64,000 nucleotides of DNA from Eledone cirrhosa (lineage: Eukaryota), in the NCBI GenBank assembly GCA_964016885.1, contig OZ024742.1:359972001-360036000 (forward strand), given 5' to 3'. The notes below the pieces were generated by a model that worked only from the letters and a program-made list of their open reading frames with translations, ran no database searches and had not been told where the DNA came from. A program made the translations under genes and the position numbers. Every line of letters begins with the position of its first letter. Within the stretch, counting starts at the first letter, position 1. Positions 47,775 through 61,635 of the stretch are shown here, one piece after another.

Positions 47775-50700
47775 GCTGGGATGTGACGGAGCAGAAGAGA
47801 GATAGAAAGGCTGGGATGTGAAGGAGGAGAAGATAGATAGAAAGGCTGGGATGTGAAGGTGGAGAAGAGAGATAGAAAGGCTGAGATGTGAAGGTGGAGA
47901 AGAGAGATGGAAAGGCTGGTATGTGAAGGTGGCGTAGGGTGATAGAAAGGCTGGGATGTGATGGAGGAGAAGAGAGATAGAAAGGCTGAGATGTGAAGGT
48001 GGAGAAGAGAGATAGAAAGGTTGGTATGTGAAGGTGGAGAAGAGAGATAGACATGCTGGGATGTGAAGGTGGAAGAGAGCGATAGAAAGGCTGGGAAGTG
48101 AAGGTGGAGAGGAGAGATAGAAAGGCTGGGATGTGAAGGTGGAGAAGAGAGATAGAAAGGCTGGGATGTGACGGAGCAGAAGAGAGATAGAAAGGCTGGG
48201 ATGTGAAGGTGGCGTATGGTGATAGAAAGGCTGAGATGTGAAGGAGGAGAAGAGAGATAGAAAGGCTGAGATGTGAAGGAAGAGAAGAGAGATAGAAAGG
48301 TTGGGATGTGAAGGTGGAGAAGAGAGATAGAAAGGCTGGGATGTGAAGGTGAAGAAGAGAGATAGAAATGCTGGGATGTGAAGGTGGCGTATGGTGATAG
48401 AAAGGCTGAGATGTGAAGGAGGAGAAGAGAGATAGAAAGGCTGAGATGTGAAGGAAGAGAAGAGAGATAGAAAGGTTGGGATGTGAAGGTGGAGAAGAGA
48501 GATAGAAAGGCTGGGATGTGAAGGTGGAGAAGAGAGATAGAAAGGCTGGGATGTGAAGATGGAGAAGAGAGATAGAAAGGCTGAGATGTAAAGGTGGAGG
48601 AGAGAGATAGAAAGGCTGGGATGTGAAGGTGGAGAAGAGAGATAGAAAGGCTGAGATGTGAAGGAGGAGAAGAGAGATAGAAAGGCTGGGATGTGAAGGT
48701 GGCGTAGATTGATAGAAAGGCTGGGATGCGACGGAGGAGAAGGGAGATAGAAAGCTGTGGATGTGAAGGTGGAGGAGAGAGATAGAAAGGCTGAGATGTG
48801 AAGGTGGAGAAGAGAGATAGAAAGGTTAAGATGTGAAGGAAGAGAAGAGAGATAGAAAGGCTGGGATGTGAAGGAGGAGAAGATGGATAGAAAGGATGGG
48901 ATTTGAAGGTGTTGAAGAGAGATAGAAAGGCTGGGTATGTGAAGGTGGAGAAGAGAGATATAAAGGCTGAGTTGTGAAGGTGGAAGAGAGAGATAGAAAG
49001 GCTGGGATGTGACGGAGCAAAACAGAGATAGAAAGGCTGGGAAGTGAAGGTGGAGAGGAGAGATAGAAAGGCTGGGATGTGACGGAGCAGAAGAGAGATA
49101 GAAAGGCTGGGATGTGAAGGAGGAGAAGATAGATAGAAAGGCTGGGATGTGAAGGTGGAGAAGAGAGATAGAAAGGCTGAGATGTGAAGGTGGAGAAGAG
49201 AGATGGAAAGGCTGGTATGTGAAGGTGGCGTAGGGTGATAGAAAGGCTGGGATGTGATGGAGGAGAAGAGAGATAGAAAGGCTGAGATGTGAAGGTGGAG
49301 AAGAGAGATAGAAAGGTTGGTATGTGAAGGTGGAGAAGAGAGATAGACATGCTGGGATGTGAAGGTGGAAGAGAGCGATAGAAAGGCTGGGAAGTGAAGG
49401 TGGAGAGGAGAGATAGAAAGGCTGGGATGTGAAGGTGGAGAAGAGAGATAGAAAGGCTGGGATGTGAATATGGAGAAGAGAGATAGAAAGGCTGAGATGT
49501 GAAGGATAGAAAGAGAGATAGAAAGACTGTGATGTGAAGGTGTAAGAGAGAGATAGAAAGGCTGGGATGTGAAGGTGGAGAGGAGACATAGACAGGCTGG
49601 GATGTGACGGAGCAGAAGAGAGATAGAAAGGCCGGGATGTGAAGGAGGAGAAGATAGATAGAAAGGCTGGGATGTGAAGGTGGAGAAGAGAGATAGAAAG
49701 TCTGAGGTGTTATGGATGAGAAGAGAGATAGAAAGGCTGGGATGTGAAGGTCGAGGAGAGACATAGAAAGGCTGGAATGTGAAGGTGAAGATGAGAGATA
49801 GAAATGCTGGGATGTGAAGGTGGCGTAGAGTGATAGAAAGGCTGGGATGTGAAGGAGGAGATGATAGATAGAAAGGCTGGGATGTGAAGGTGGAGAAGAG
49901 AGATAGAAAGGCTGGGATGTGAAGGTGGAGAAGAGATATAGAAAAGCTGGGATGTGAAGGTGGAGAAGAGAGATGGAAAGGCTGGGATATGAAGGTCGAG
50001 GAGAGACATAGAAAGGCTGGAATGTGAAGGTGGAGGAGAGAGATAGAAAGGCTGAGATGTGAAAGTGGAGAAGAGAGATAGAAAGATTGAGATGTGAAGG
50101 AAGAGAAGAGAGATAGAAAGGCTGAGATGTGAAGGAGGAGAGGAGAGATAGAAAGGCTGGGATGTGAAGGTGGAGAAGAGAGATAGAAAGGCTGGGATGT
50201 GAAGGTGGAGAAGATGGATAGAAAGGATGGGATGTGAATGTGTTGAAGAGAGATAGAAAGGCTGGGATGTGAAGATGGAGGAGAGAGATAGAAAGGATGG
50301 CATGTGAAGGTGGAGAAGAGAGATAAAAATGCTGAGATGTGAAGGGAGATAGACGGGCTTGGATGTGAAGGAGGAGAAGAGAGATAGAAAGGCTGGGATG
50401 TGAAGGTGGAGAAGAGAGATAGTAAGGCTGGGTTGTGAAGGAGCAGAAGACAGATGGAAAGGTTGGGATGTGAAGGAGGAGAAGAGAGAAAGAAATGCTG
50501 GGATGTGAAGGAGGAGAAGAAAGATAGAATGGCTGGGATGTGAAGGAGGAGAAGAGAGATGGAAAGGCTGAGATGTGAAGGAGGAGAAGAGAGATAGAAA
50601 GGCTGGCATGTCAATGTGGAGAAGAGAGATAGAAAGGCTGAAATGTGAATGAGGAGGAGATAGATAGAAAGGCTGGCATGTGAAGTTGGAGAAGAGAGAT

Positions 50701-53700
50701 AGAAAGGCTGGGATGTGAAGTTGGAGGAGAGAGATAGAAAGGCTGGGATGTGAAGGTGGTGATGAGAGATAGAAAGGCTGAGATGTGAATGAGGAGAAGA
50801 TAGATAGAAAGGCTGGCATGTGAAGGTGGAGAAGAGAGATAGAAATGATGAGATGTGAAGGAGGAGAAGAGATAGGGAAAGGCTGAGATGTAAAGGTCGG
50901 GGAGAGACATAGAATGGCTGGAATGTGTAGGTGAAGAAGAGAGATAGAAATGCTGGGATGTGAAGGTGGCGTAGAGTGATAAAAAGGCTGGGATGTGACG
51001 GAGGAGAAGAGAGATAGAAAGGCTGAGATGTGACGGAAGAGAAGAGAGATAGAAAGGCTGGGATGTGAAGATGGAAGAGAGCGATAGAAAGCCTGGGAAG
51101 TGAAGGTGGAGAAGAGAGATAGAAAGGCTGAGATGTGAAGGATGGAAAGAGAGATAGAAAGACTGTGATGTGAAGGTGTAAGAGAGAGATAGAAAGGCTG
51201 GGATGTGAAGGTGGAGAAGATAGATAGAAAGGCTGGGATGTGTAGGTGGAGAAGAGAGATAGAAAGTCTGAGATGTGATGGATGAGAAGAGAGATAGAAA
51301 GGCTGGGATGTGAAGGTGGAGAAGAGAGATAGAAAGGCTGGGATGTGAAGGTGGAGAAGAGAGATAGAAAAGCTGGGATGTGAAGGTGGAGAAGAGAGAT
51401 GGAAAGGCTGGGATGTGAAGGTGGAGAAGAGAGATGGAAAGGCTGGGATGTGAAGGTCGAGGAGAGACATAGAAAGGCTGGAATGTGAAGGTGAAGATGA
51501 GAGATAGAAATGCTGGGATGTGAAGGTGGCGTAGAGTGATAGAAAGGCTGGGTTATGACGGAGAAGAAGAGAGATAGAAAGGCTGAGATGTGAAGGCAGA
51601 GAAGAGAGATAGAAAGTCTGGGATGTGAAGGTGGAGAAGAGAGATTGAAAGGGTGGGATGTGAAGGAGGAGAAGATGGATAAAAAGGATGGGACATGAAG
51701 GTGTTGAAGAGAGATGGAAAGGCTGGGATGTGACGGAGCAGAAGAGAGATAGAAAGGCTGGGATGTGAAGGAGGAGAAGATAGATAGAAAGGCTGGGATG
51801 TGAAGGTGGAGAAGAGAGATAGAAAGGCTGAGATGTGAAGGTGGAGAAGAGAGATGGAAAGGCTGGTATGTGAAGGTGGCGTAGGGTGATAGAAAGGCTG
51901 GGATGTGATGGAGGAGAAGAGAGATAGAAAGGCTGAGATGTGAAGGTGGAGAAGAGAGATAGAAAGGTTGGTATGTGAAGGTGGAGAAGAGAGATAGACA
52001 TGCTGGGATGTGAAGGTGGAAGAGAGCGATAGAAAGGCTGGGAAGTGAAGGTGGAGAGGAGAGATAGAAAGGCTGGGATGTGAAGGTGGAGAAGAGAGAT
52101 AGAAAGGCTGGGATGTGACGGAGCAGAAGAGAGATAGAAAGGCTGGGATGTGAAGGTGGCGTATGGTGATAGAAAGGCTGAGATGTGAAGGAGGAGAAGA
52201 GAGATAGAAAGGCTGAGATGTGAAGGAAGAGAAGAGAGATAGAAAGGTTGGGATGTGAAGGTGGAGAAGAGAGATAGAAAGGCTGGGATGTGAAGGTGAA
52301 GAAGAGAGATAGAAATGCTGGGATGTGAAGGTGGCGTATGGTGATAGAAAGGCTGAGATGTGAAGGAGGAGAAGAGAGATAGAAAGGCTGAGATGTGAAG
52401 GAAGAGAAGAGAGATAGAAAGGTTGGGATGTGAAGGTGGAGAAGAGAGATAGAAAGGCTGGGATGTGAAGGTGGAGAAGAGAGATAGAAAGGCTGGGATG
52501 TGAAGATGGAGAAGAGAGATAGAAAGGCTGAGATGTAAAGTTGGAGGAGAGAGATAGAAAGGCTGGGATGTGAAGGTGGAGAAGAGAGATAGAAAGGCTG
52601 AGATGTGAAGGAGGAGAAGAGAGATAGAAAGGCTGGGATGTGAAGGTGGCGTAGATTGATAGAAAGGCTGGGATGCGACGGAGGAGAAGGGAGATAGAAA
52701 GCTGTGGATGTGAAGGTGGAGGAGAGAGATAGAAAGGCTGAGATGTGAAGGTGGAGAAGAGAGATAGAAAGGTTAAGATGTGAAGGAAGAGAAGAGAGAT
52801 AGAAAGGCTGGGATGTGAAGGAGGAGAAGATGGATAGAAAGGATGGGATTTGAAGGTGTTGAAGAGAGATAGAAAGGCTGGGTATGTGAAGGTGGAGAAG
52901 AGAGATAGAAAGGCTGAGTTGTGAAGGTGGAAGAGAGAGATAGAAAGGCTGGGATGTGACGGAGCAAAACAGAGATAGAAAGGCTGGGAAGTGAAGGTGG
53001 AGAGGAGAGATAGAAAGGCTGGGATGTGACGGAGCAGAAGAGAGATAGAAAGGCTGGGATGTGAAGGAGGAGAAGATAGATAGAAAGGCTGGGATGTGAA
53101 GGTGGAGAAGAGAGATAGAAAGGCTGAGATGTGAAGGTGGAGAAGAGAGATGGAAAGGCTGGTATGTGAAGGTGGCGTAGGGTGATAGAAAGGCTGGGAT
53201 GTGATGGAGGAGAAGAGAGATAGAAAGGCTGAGATGTGAAGGTGGAGAAGAGAGATAGAAAGGTTGGTATGTGAAGGTGGAGAAGAGAGATAGACATGCT
53301 GGGATGTGAAGGTGGAAGAGAGCGATAGAAAGGCTGGGAAGTGAAGGTGGAGAGGAGAGATAGAAAGGCTGGGATGTGAAGGTGGAGAAGAGAGATAGAA
53401 AGGCAGGGATGTGAATATGGAGAAGAGAGATAGAAAGGCTGAGATGTGAAGGATAGAAAGAGAGATAGAAAGACTGTGATGTGAAGGTGTAAGAGAGAGA
53501 TAGAAAGGCTGGGATGTGAAGGTGGAGAGGAGACATAGACAGGCTGGGATGTGACGGAGCAGAAGAGAGATAGAAAGGCCGGGATGTGAAGGAGGAGAAG
53601 ATAGATAGAAAGGCTGGGATGTGAAGGTGGAGAAGAGAGATAGAAAGTCTGAGGTGTTATGGATGAGAAGAGAGATAGAAAGGCTGGGATGTGAAGGTAG

Positions 53701-56700
53701 AGAAGAGTGATGGAAAGACTGGGATGTGAAGGTCGAGGAGAGACATAGAAAGGCTGGAATGTGAAGGTGAAGATGAGAGATAGAAATGCTGGGATGTGAA
53801 GGTGGCGTAGAGTGATAGAAAGGCTGGGATGTGAAGGAGGAGATGATAGATAGAAAGGCTGGGATGTGAAGGTGGAGAAGAGTGATAGAAAGGCTGGGAT
53901 GTGAAGGTGGAGAAGAGATATAGAAAAGCTGGGATGTGAAGGTGGAGAAGAGAGATGGAAAGGCTGGGATATGAAGGTCGAGGAGAGACATAGAAAGGCT
54001 GGAATGTGAAGGTGGAGGAGAGAGATAGAAAGGCTGAGATGTGAAAGTGGAGAAGAGAGATAGAAAGGTTGAGATGTGAAGGAAGAGAAGAGAGATAGAA
54101 AGGCTGAGATGTGAAGGAGGAGAGGAGAGATAGAAAGGCTGGGATGTGAAGGTGGAGAAGAGAGATAGAAAGGCTGGGATGTGAAGGTGGAGAAGATGGA
54201 TAGAAAGGATGGGATGTGAATGTGTTGAAGAGAGATAGAAAGGCTGGGATGTGAAGATGGAGGAGAGAGATAGAAAGGATGGCATGTGAAGGTGGAGAAG
54301 AGAGATAGAAATGCTGAGATGTGAAGGGAGATAGACGGGCTTGGATGTGTAGGAGGAGAAGAGAGATAGAAAGGCTGGGATGTGAAGGCGGAGAAGAGAG
54401 ATAGTAAGGCTGGGTTGTGAAGGAGCAGAAGACAGATGGAAAGGTTGGGATGTGAAGGAGGAGAAGAGAGATAGAAAGGCTGAGATGTGAAGGAGGAGAA
54501 GAGAGATAGAAAGGCTGGCATGTCAATGTGGAGAAGAGAGATAGAAAGGCTGAAATGTGAATGAGGAGGAGATAGATAGAAAGGCTGGCATGTGAAGTTG
54601 GAGAAGAGAGATAGAAAGGCTGGGATGTGAAGTTGGAGGAGAGAGATAGAAAGGCTGGGATGTGAAGGTGGTGATGAGAGATAGAAAGGCTGAGATGTGA
54701 ATGAGGAGAAGATAGATAGAAAGGCTGGCATGTGAAGGTGGAGAAGAGAGATAGAAATGATGAGATGTGAAGGAGGAGAAGAGATAGGGAAAGGCTGAGA
54801 TGTAAAGGTCGGGGAGAGACATAGAATGGCTGGAATGTGTAGGTGAAGAAGAGAGATAGAAATGCTGGGATGTGAAGGTGGCGTAGAGTGATAAAAAAGC
54901 TGGGATGTGACGGAGGAGAAGAGAGATAGAAAGGCTGAGATGTGACGGAAGAGAAGAGAGATAGAAAGGCTGGGATGTGAAGATGGAAGAGAGCGATAGA
55001 AAGCCTGGGAAGTGAAGGTGGAGAAGAGAGATAGAAAGGCTGAGATGTGAAGGATGGAAAGAGAGATAGAAAGACTGTGATGTGAAGGTGTAAGAGAGAG
55101 ATAGAAAGTCTGAGATGTGATGGATGAGAAGAGAGATAGAAAGGCTGGGATGTGAAGGTGGAGAAGAGAGATAGAAAGGCTGGGATGTGAAGGTGGAGAA
55201 GAGAGATAGAAAAGCTGGGATGTGAAGGTGGAGAAGAGAGATGGAAAGGCTGGGATGTGAAGGTGGAGAAGAGAGATGGAAAGGCTGGGATGTGAAGGTC
55301 GAGGAGAGACATAGAAAGGCTGGAATGTGAAGGTGAAGATGAGAGATAGAAATGCTGGGATGTGAAGGTGGCGTAGAGTGATAGAAAGGCTGGGTTATGA
55401 CGGAGAAGAAGAGAGATAGAAAGGCTGAGATGTGAAGGCAGAGAAGAGAGATAGAAAGTCTGGGATGTGAAGGTGGAGAAGAGAGATTGAAAGGGTGGGA
55501 TGTGAAGGAGGAGAAGATGGATAAAAAGGATGGGACATGAAGGTGTTGAAGAGAGATAGAAAGGCTGGGATGTGACGGAGCAGAAGAGAGATAGAAAGGC
55601 TGGGATGTGAAGGAGGAGAAGATAGATAGAAAGGCTGGGATGTGAAGGTGGAGAAGAGAGATAGAAAGGCTGAGATGTGAAGGTGGAGAAGAGAGATGGA
55701 AAGGCTGGTATGTGAAGGTGGCGTAGGGTGATAGAAAGGCTGGGATGTGATGGAGGAGAAGAGAGATAGAAAGGCTGAGATGTGAAGGTGGAGAAGAGAG
55801 ATAGAAAGGTTGGTATGTGAAGGTGGAGAAGAGAGATAGACATGCTGGGATGTGAAGGTGGAAGAGAGCGATAGAAAGGCTGGGAAGTGAAGGTGGAGAG
55901 GAGAGATAGAAAGGCTGGGATGTGAAGGTGGAGAAGAGAGATAGAAAGGCTGGGATGTGACGGAGCAGAAGAGAGATAGAAAGGCTGGGATGTGAAGGTG
56001 GCGTATGGTGATAGAAAGGCTGAGATGTGAAGGAGGAGAAGAGAGATAGAAAGGCTGAGATGTGAAGGAAGAGAAGAGAGATAGAAAGGTTGGGATGTGA
56101 AGGTGGAGAAGAGAGATAGAAAGGCTGGGATGTGAAGGTGAAGAAGAGAGATAGAAATGCTGGGATGTGAAGGTGGCGTATGGTGATAGAAAGGCTGAGA
56201 TGTGAAGGAGGAGAAGAGAGATAGAAAGGCTGAGATGTGAAGGAAGAGAAGAGAGATAGAAAGGTTGGGATGTGAAGGTGGAGAAGAGAGATAGAAAGGC
56301 TGGGATGTGAAGGTGGAGAAGAGAGATAGAAAGGCTGGGATGTGAAGATGGAGAAGAGAGATAGAAAGGCTGAGATGTAAAGGTGGAGGAGAGAGATAGA
56401 AAGGCTGGGATGTGAAGGTGGAGAAGAGAGATAGAAAGGCTGAGATGTGAAGGAGGAGAAGAGAGATAGAAAGGCTGGGATGTGAAGGTGGCGTAGATTG
56501 ATAGAAAGGCTGGGATGCGACGGAGGAGAAGGGAGATAGAAAGCTGTGGATGTGAAGGTGGAGGAGAGAGATAGAAAGGCTGAGATGTGAAGGTGGAGAA
56601 GAGAGATAGAAAGGTTAAGATGTGAAGGAAGAGAAGAGAGATAGAAAGGCTGGGATGTGAAGGAGGAGAAGATGGATAGAAAGGATGGGATTTGAAGGTG

Positions 56701-59580
56701 TTGAAGAGAGATAGAAAGGCTGGGTATGTGAAGGTGGAGAAGAGAGATAGAAAGGCTGAGTTGTGAAGGTGGAAGAGAGAGATAGAAAGGCTGGGATGTG
56801 ACGGAGCAAAACAGAGATAGAAAGGCTGGGAAGTGAAGGTGGAGAGGAGAGATAGAAAGGCTGGGATGTGACGGAGCAGAAGAGAGATAGAAAGGCTGGG
56901 ATGTGAAGGAGGAGAAGATAGATAGAAAGGCTGGGATGTGAAGGTGGAGAAGAGAGATAGAAAGGCTGAGATGTGAAGGTGGAGAAGAGAGATGGAAAGG
57001 CTGGTATGTGAAGGTGGCGTAGGGTGATAGAAAGGCTGGGATGTGATGGAGGAGAAGAGAGATAGAAAGGCTGAGATGTGAAGGTGGAGAAGAGAGATAG
57101 AAAGGTTGGTATGTGAAGGTGGAGAAGAGAGATAGACATGCTGGGATGTGAAGGTGGAAGAGAGCGATAGAAAGGCTGGGAAGTGAAGGTGGAGAGGAGA
57201 GATAGAAAGGCTGGGATGTGAAGGTGGAGAAGAGAGATAGAAAGGCTGGGATGTGAATATGGAGAAGAGAGATAGAAAGGCTGAGATGTGAAGGATAGAA
57301 AGAGAGATAGAAAGACTGTGATGTGAAGGTGTAAGAGAGAGATAGAAAGGCTGGGATGTGAAGGTGGAGAGGAGACATAGACAGGCTGGGATGTGACGGA
57401 GCAGAAGAGAGATAGAAAGGCCGGGATGTGAAGGAGGAGAAGATAGATAGAAAGGCTGGGATGTGAAGGTGGAGAAGAGAGATAGAAAGTCTGAGGTGTT
57501 ATGGATGAGAAGAGAGATAGAAAGGCTGGGATGTGAAGGTAGAGAAGAGTGAATGAAAGACTGGGATGTGAAGGTCGAGGAGAGACATAGAAAGGCTGGA
57601 ATGTGAAGGTGAAGATGAGAGATAAAAATGCTGGGATGTGAAGGTGGCGTAGAGTGATAGAAAGGCTGGGATGTGAAGGAGGAGATGATAGATAGAAAGG
57701 CTGGGATGTGAAGGTGGAGAAGAGTGATAGAAAGGCTGGGATGTGAAGGTGGAGAAGAGATATAGAAAAGCTGGGATGTGAAGGTGGAGAAGAGAGATGG
57801 AAAGGCTGGGATATGAAGGTCGAGGAGAGACATAGAAAGGCTGGAATGTGAAGGTGGAGGAGAGAGATAGAAAGGCTGAGATGTGAAAGTGGAGAAGAGA
57901 GATAGAAAGGTTGAGATGTGAAGGAAGAGAAGAGAGATAGAAAGGCTGAGATGTGAAGGAGGAGAGGAGAGATAGAAAGGCTGGGATGTGAAGGTGGAGA
58001 AGAGAGATAGAAAGGCTGGGATGTGAAGGTGGAGAAGATGGATAGAAAGGATGGGATGTGAATGTGTTGAAGAGAGATAGAAAGGCTGGGATGTGAAGAT
58101 GGAGGAGAGAGATAGAAAGGATGGCATGTGAAGGTGGAGAAGAGAGATAGAAATGCTGAGATGTGAAGGGAGATAGACGGGCTTGGATGTGAAGGAGGAG
58201 AAGAGAGATAGAAAGGCTGGGATGTGAAGGTGGAGAAGAGAGATAGTAAGGCTGGGTTGTGAAGGAGCAGAAGACAGATGGAAAGGTTGGGATGTGAAGG
58301 AGGAGAAGAGAGAAAGAAATGCTGGGATGTGAAGGAGGAGAAGAAAGATAGAATGGCTGGGATGTGAAGGAGGAGAAGAGAGATGGAAAGGCTGAGATGT
58401 GAAGGAGGAGAAGAGAGATTGAAAGGCTGAGATGTGAAGGAGGAGAAGAGAGATAGAAAGGCTGGCATGTCAATGTGGAGAAGAGAGATAGAAAGGCTGA
58501 AATGTGAATGAGGAGGAGATAGATAGAAAGGCTGGCATGTGAAGTTGGAGAAGAGAGATAGAAAGGCTGGGATGTGAAGTTGGAGGAGAGAGATAGAAAG
58601 GCTGGGATGTGAAGGTGGTGATGAGAGATAGAAAGGCTGAGATGTGAATGAGGAGAAGATAGATAGAAAGGCTGGCATGTGAAGGTGGAGAAGAGAGATA
58701 GAAATGATGAGATGTGAAGGAGGAGAAGAGATAGGGAAAGGCTGAGATGTAAAGGTCGGGGAGAGACATAGAATGGCTGGAATGTGTAGGTGAAGAAGAG
58801 AGATAGAAATGCTGGGATGTGAAGGTGGCGTAGAGTGATAAAAAGGCTGGGATGTGACGGAGGAGAAGAGAGATAGAAAGGCTGAGATGTGACGGAAGAG
58901 AAGAGAGATAGAAAGGCTGGGATGTGAAGATGGAAGAGAGCGATAGAAAGCCTGGGAAGTGAAGGTGGAGAAGAGAGATAGAAAGGCTGAGATGTGAAGG
59001 ATGGAAAGAGAGATAGAAAGACTGTGATGTGAAGGTGTAAGAGAGAGATAGAAAGGCTGGGATGTGAAGGTGGAGAAGATAGATAGAAAGGCTGGGATGT
59101 GTAGGTGGAGAAGAGAGATAGAAAGTCTGAGATGTGATGGATGAGAAGAGAGATAGAAAGGCTGGGATGTGAAGGTGGAGAAGAGAGATAGAAAGGCTGG
59201 GATGTGAAGGTGGAGAAGAGAGATAGAAAAGCTGGGATGTGAAGGTGGAGAAGAGAGATGGAAAGGCTGGGATGTGAAGGTGGAGAAGAGAGATGGAAAG
59301 GCTGGGATGTGAAGGTCGAGGAGAGACATAGAAAGGCTGGAATGTGAAGGTGAAGATGAGAGATAGAAATGCTGGGATGTGAAGGTGGCGTAGAGTGATA
59401 GAAAGGCTGGGTTATGACGGAGAAGAAGAGAGATAGAAAGGCTGAGATGTGAAGGCAGAGAAGAGAGATAGAAAGTCTGGGATGTGAAGGTGGAGAAGAG
59501 AGATTGAAAGGGTGGGATGTGAAGGAGGAGAAGATGGATAAAAAGGATGGGACATGAAGGTGTTGAAGAGAGATAGAAAG
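47775..59580. repeat. Higher-order repeat F, 3 units of about 3947, 3842 and 4017 bp
   Basis: ORF boundary series 48826/52773/56615 and 49710/53657/57499; TTATGACGG marker at 51553, 55395 and 59412. Confidence 0.88.
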
Positions 59581-61635
59581 GCTGGGATGTGAAGGTGGAG
59601 AAGAGAGATAGAAAGGCTGAGATGTGAAGGAGGAGAAGAGAGATAGAAAGGCTGGGAAGTGAAGGTGGAGAAAAGAGATAGAAAGGCTGGGAAGTGAAGG
59701 TGGAGAGGAGAGATAGAAAGGCTGGCATGTGACGGAGCAGAAGAGAGATAGAAAGGCTGGGATGTGAAGGTGGAGAAGTGTGGTAGAAAGGCTGAGAAGT
59801 GAAGTTGGAGAAGAGAGATAGAAAGGCTGAGATGTGAAGGAGGAGAAGAGAGATAGAAAGGCTGGGATGTGAAGGTGGAGAAGAGAGATAGAAAGGCTGG
59901 GATGTGAAGGTGGAGAAGATGGATAGAAAGGATGGGATGTGAATGTGTTTAAGAGAGATAGAAAGGCTGGGATGTGAAGGTGGAGAAGAGAGATAGAAAG
60001 GCTGGCATGTAAAGGTGGAGAAGAGAGATAGAAATGCTGAGATGTGAAGGGGAAGGGAGATAGAAGGGCTTGGATGTGAAGGAGGAGAAGAGAGATAGAA
60101 AGGCTGGGATGTGAAGGTGGAGAAGAGAGATAGAAAGGCTGCGATTTGAAGGTGGAGAAGAGAGATAGAAAGGCTGAGATGTGAAGGATGGAAAGAGAGA
60201 TAGAAAGACTGTGATGTGAAGGTGTAAGAGAGAGATAGAAAGGCTGGGATGTGAAGGTGGAGAAGATAAATAGAAAGGCTGGGATGTGAAGGTGGAGAAG
60301 AGAGATAGAAAGTCTGAGATGTGATGGATGAGAAGAGAGATAGAAAAGCTGGGATATAAAGGTGCAGAAGAGAGATGGAAAGGCTGGGATGTGAAGGTCG
60401 ATGAGAGACATAGAAAGCCTGGAATGTGAAGGTGAAGATGAGAGATAGAAATGCTGAGATGTGAAGGTGGCGTAGAGTGATAGAAAGGCTGGGATGTGAC
60501 GGAGAAGAAGAGAGATAGAAAGGCTGAGATGTGAAGGCAGAGAAGAGAGATAGAAAGTCTGGGATGTGAAGGTGGAGAAGAGAGATTGAAAGGGTGGGAT
60601 GTGAAGGAGGAGAAGATGGATAAAAAGGATGGGACATGAAGGTGTTGAAGAGAGATAGAAAGGCTGGGATGTGAAGGTGGAGAAGAGAGATAGAAAGGCT
60701 GAGATGTGAAGGAGGAGAAGAGAGATAGAAAGGCTGGGAAGTGAAGGTGGAGAAAAGAGATAGAAAGGCTGGGAAGTGAAGGTGGAGAGGAGAGATAGAA
60801 AGGCTGGCATGTGACGGAGCAGAAGAGAGATAGAAAGGCTGGGATGTGAAGGTGGAGAAGAGTGGTAGAAAGGCTGAGAAGTGAAGTTGGAGAAGAGAGA
60901 TAGAAAGGCTGAGATGTGAAGGAGGAGAAGAGAGATAGAAAGGCTGGGATGTGAAGGTGGAGAAGAGAGATAGAAAGGCTGGGATGTGAAGGTGGAGAAG
61001 ATGGATAGAAAGGATGGGATGTGAATGTGTTTAAGAGAGATAGAAAGGCTGGGATGTGAAGGTGGAGAAGAGAGATAGAAAGGCTGGCATGTAAAGGTGG
61101 AGAAGAGAGATAGAAATGCTGAGATGTGAAGGGGAAGGGAGATAGAAGGGCTTGGATGTGAAGGAGGAGAAGAGAGATAGAAAGGCTGGGATGTGAAGGT
61201 GGAGAAGAGAGATAGAAAGGCTGCGATTTGAAGGTGGAGAAGAGAGATAGAAAGGCTGAGATGTGAAGGATGGAAAGAGAGATAGAAAGACTGTGATGTG
61301 AAGGTGTAAGAGAGAGATAGAAAGGCTGGGATGTGAAGGTGGAGAAGATAAATAGAAAGGCTGGGATGTGAAGGTGGAGAAGAGAGATAGAAAGTCTGAG
61401 ATGTGATGGATGAGAAGAGAGATAGAAAAGCTGGGATATAAAGGTGCAGAAGAGAGATGGAAAGGCTGGGATGTGAAGGTCGATGAGAGACATAGAAAGC
61501 CTGGAATGTGAAGGTGAAGATGAGAGATAGAAATGCTGAGATGTGAAGGTGGCGTAGAGTGATAGAAAGGCTGGGATGTGACGGAGAAGAAGAGAGATAG
61601 AAAGGCTGAGATGTGAAGGCAGAGAAGAGAGATAG
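59417..61635. repeat. Higher-order repeat G, 2 x 1082 bp
   Basis: GACATGAAGG marker at 59551 and 60633; ORF ends 59949/61031 are offset by 1082. Confidence 0.88.
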
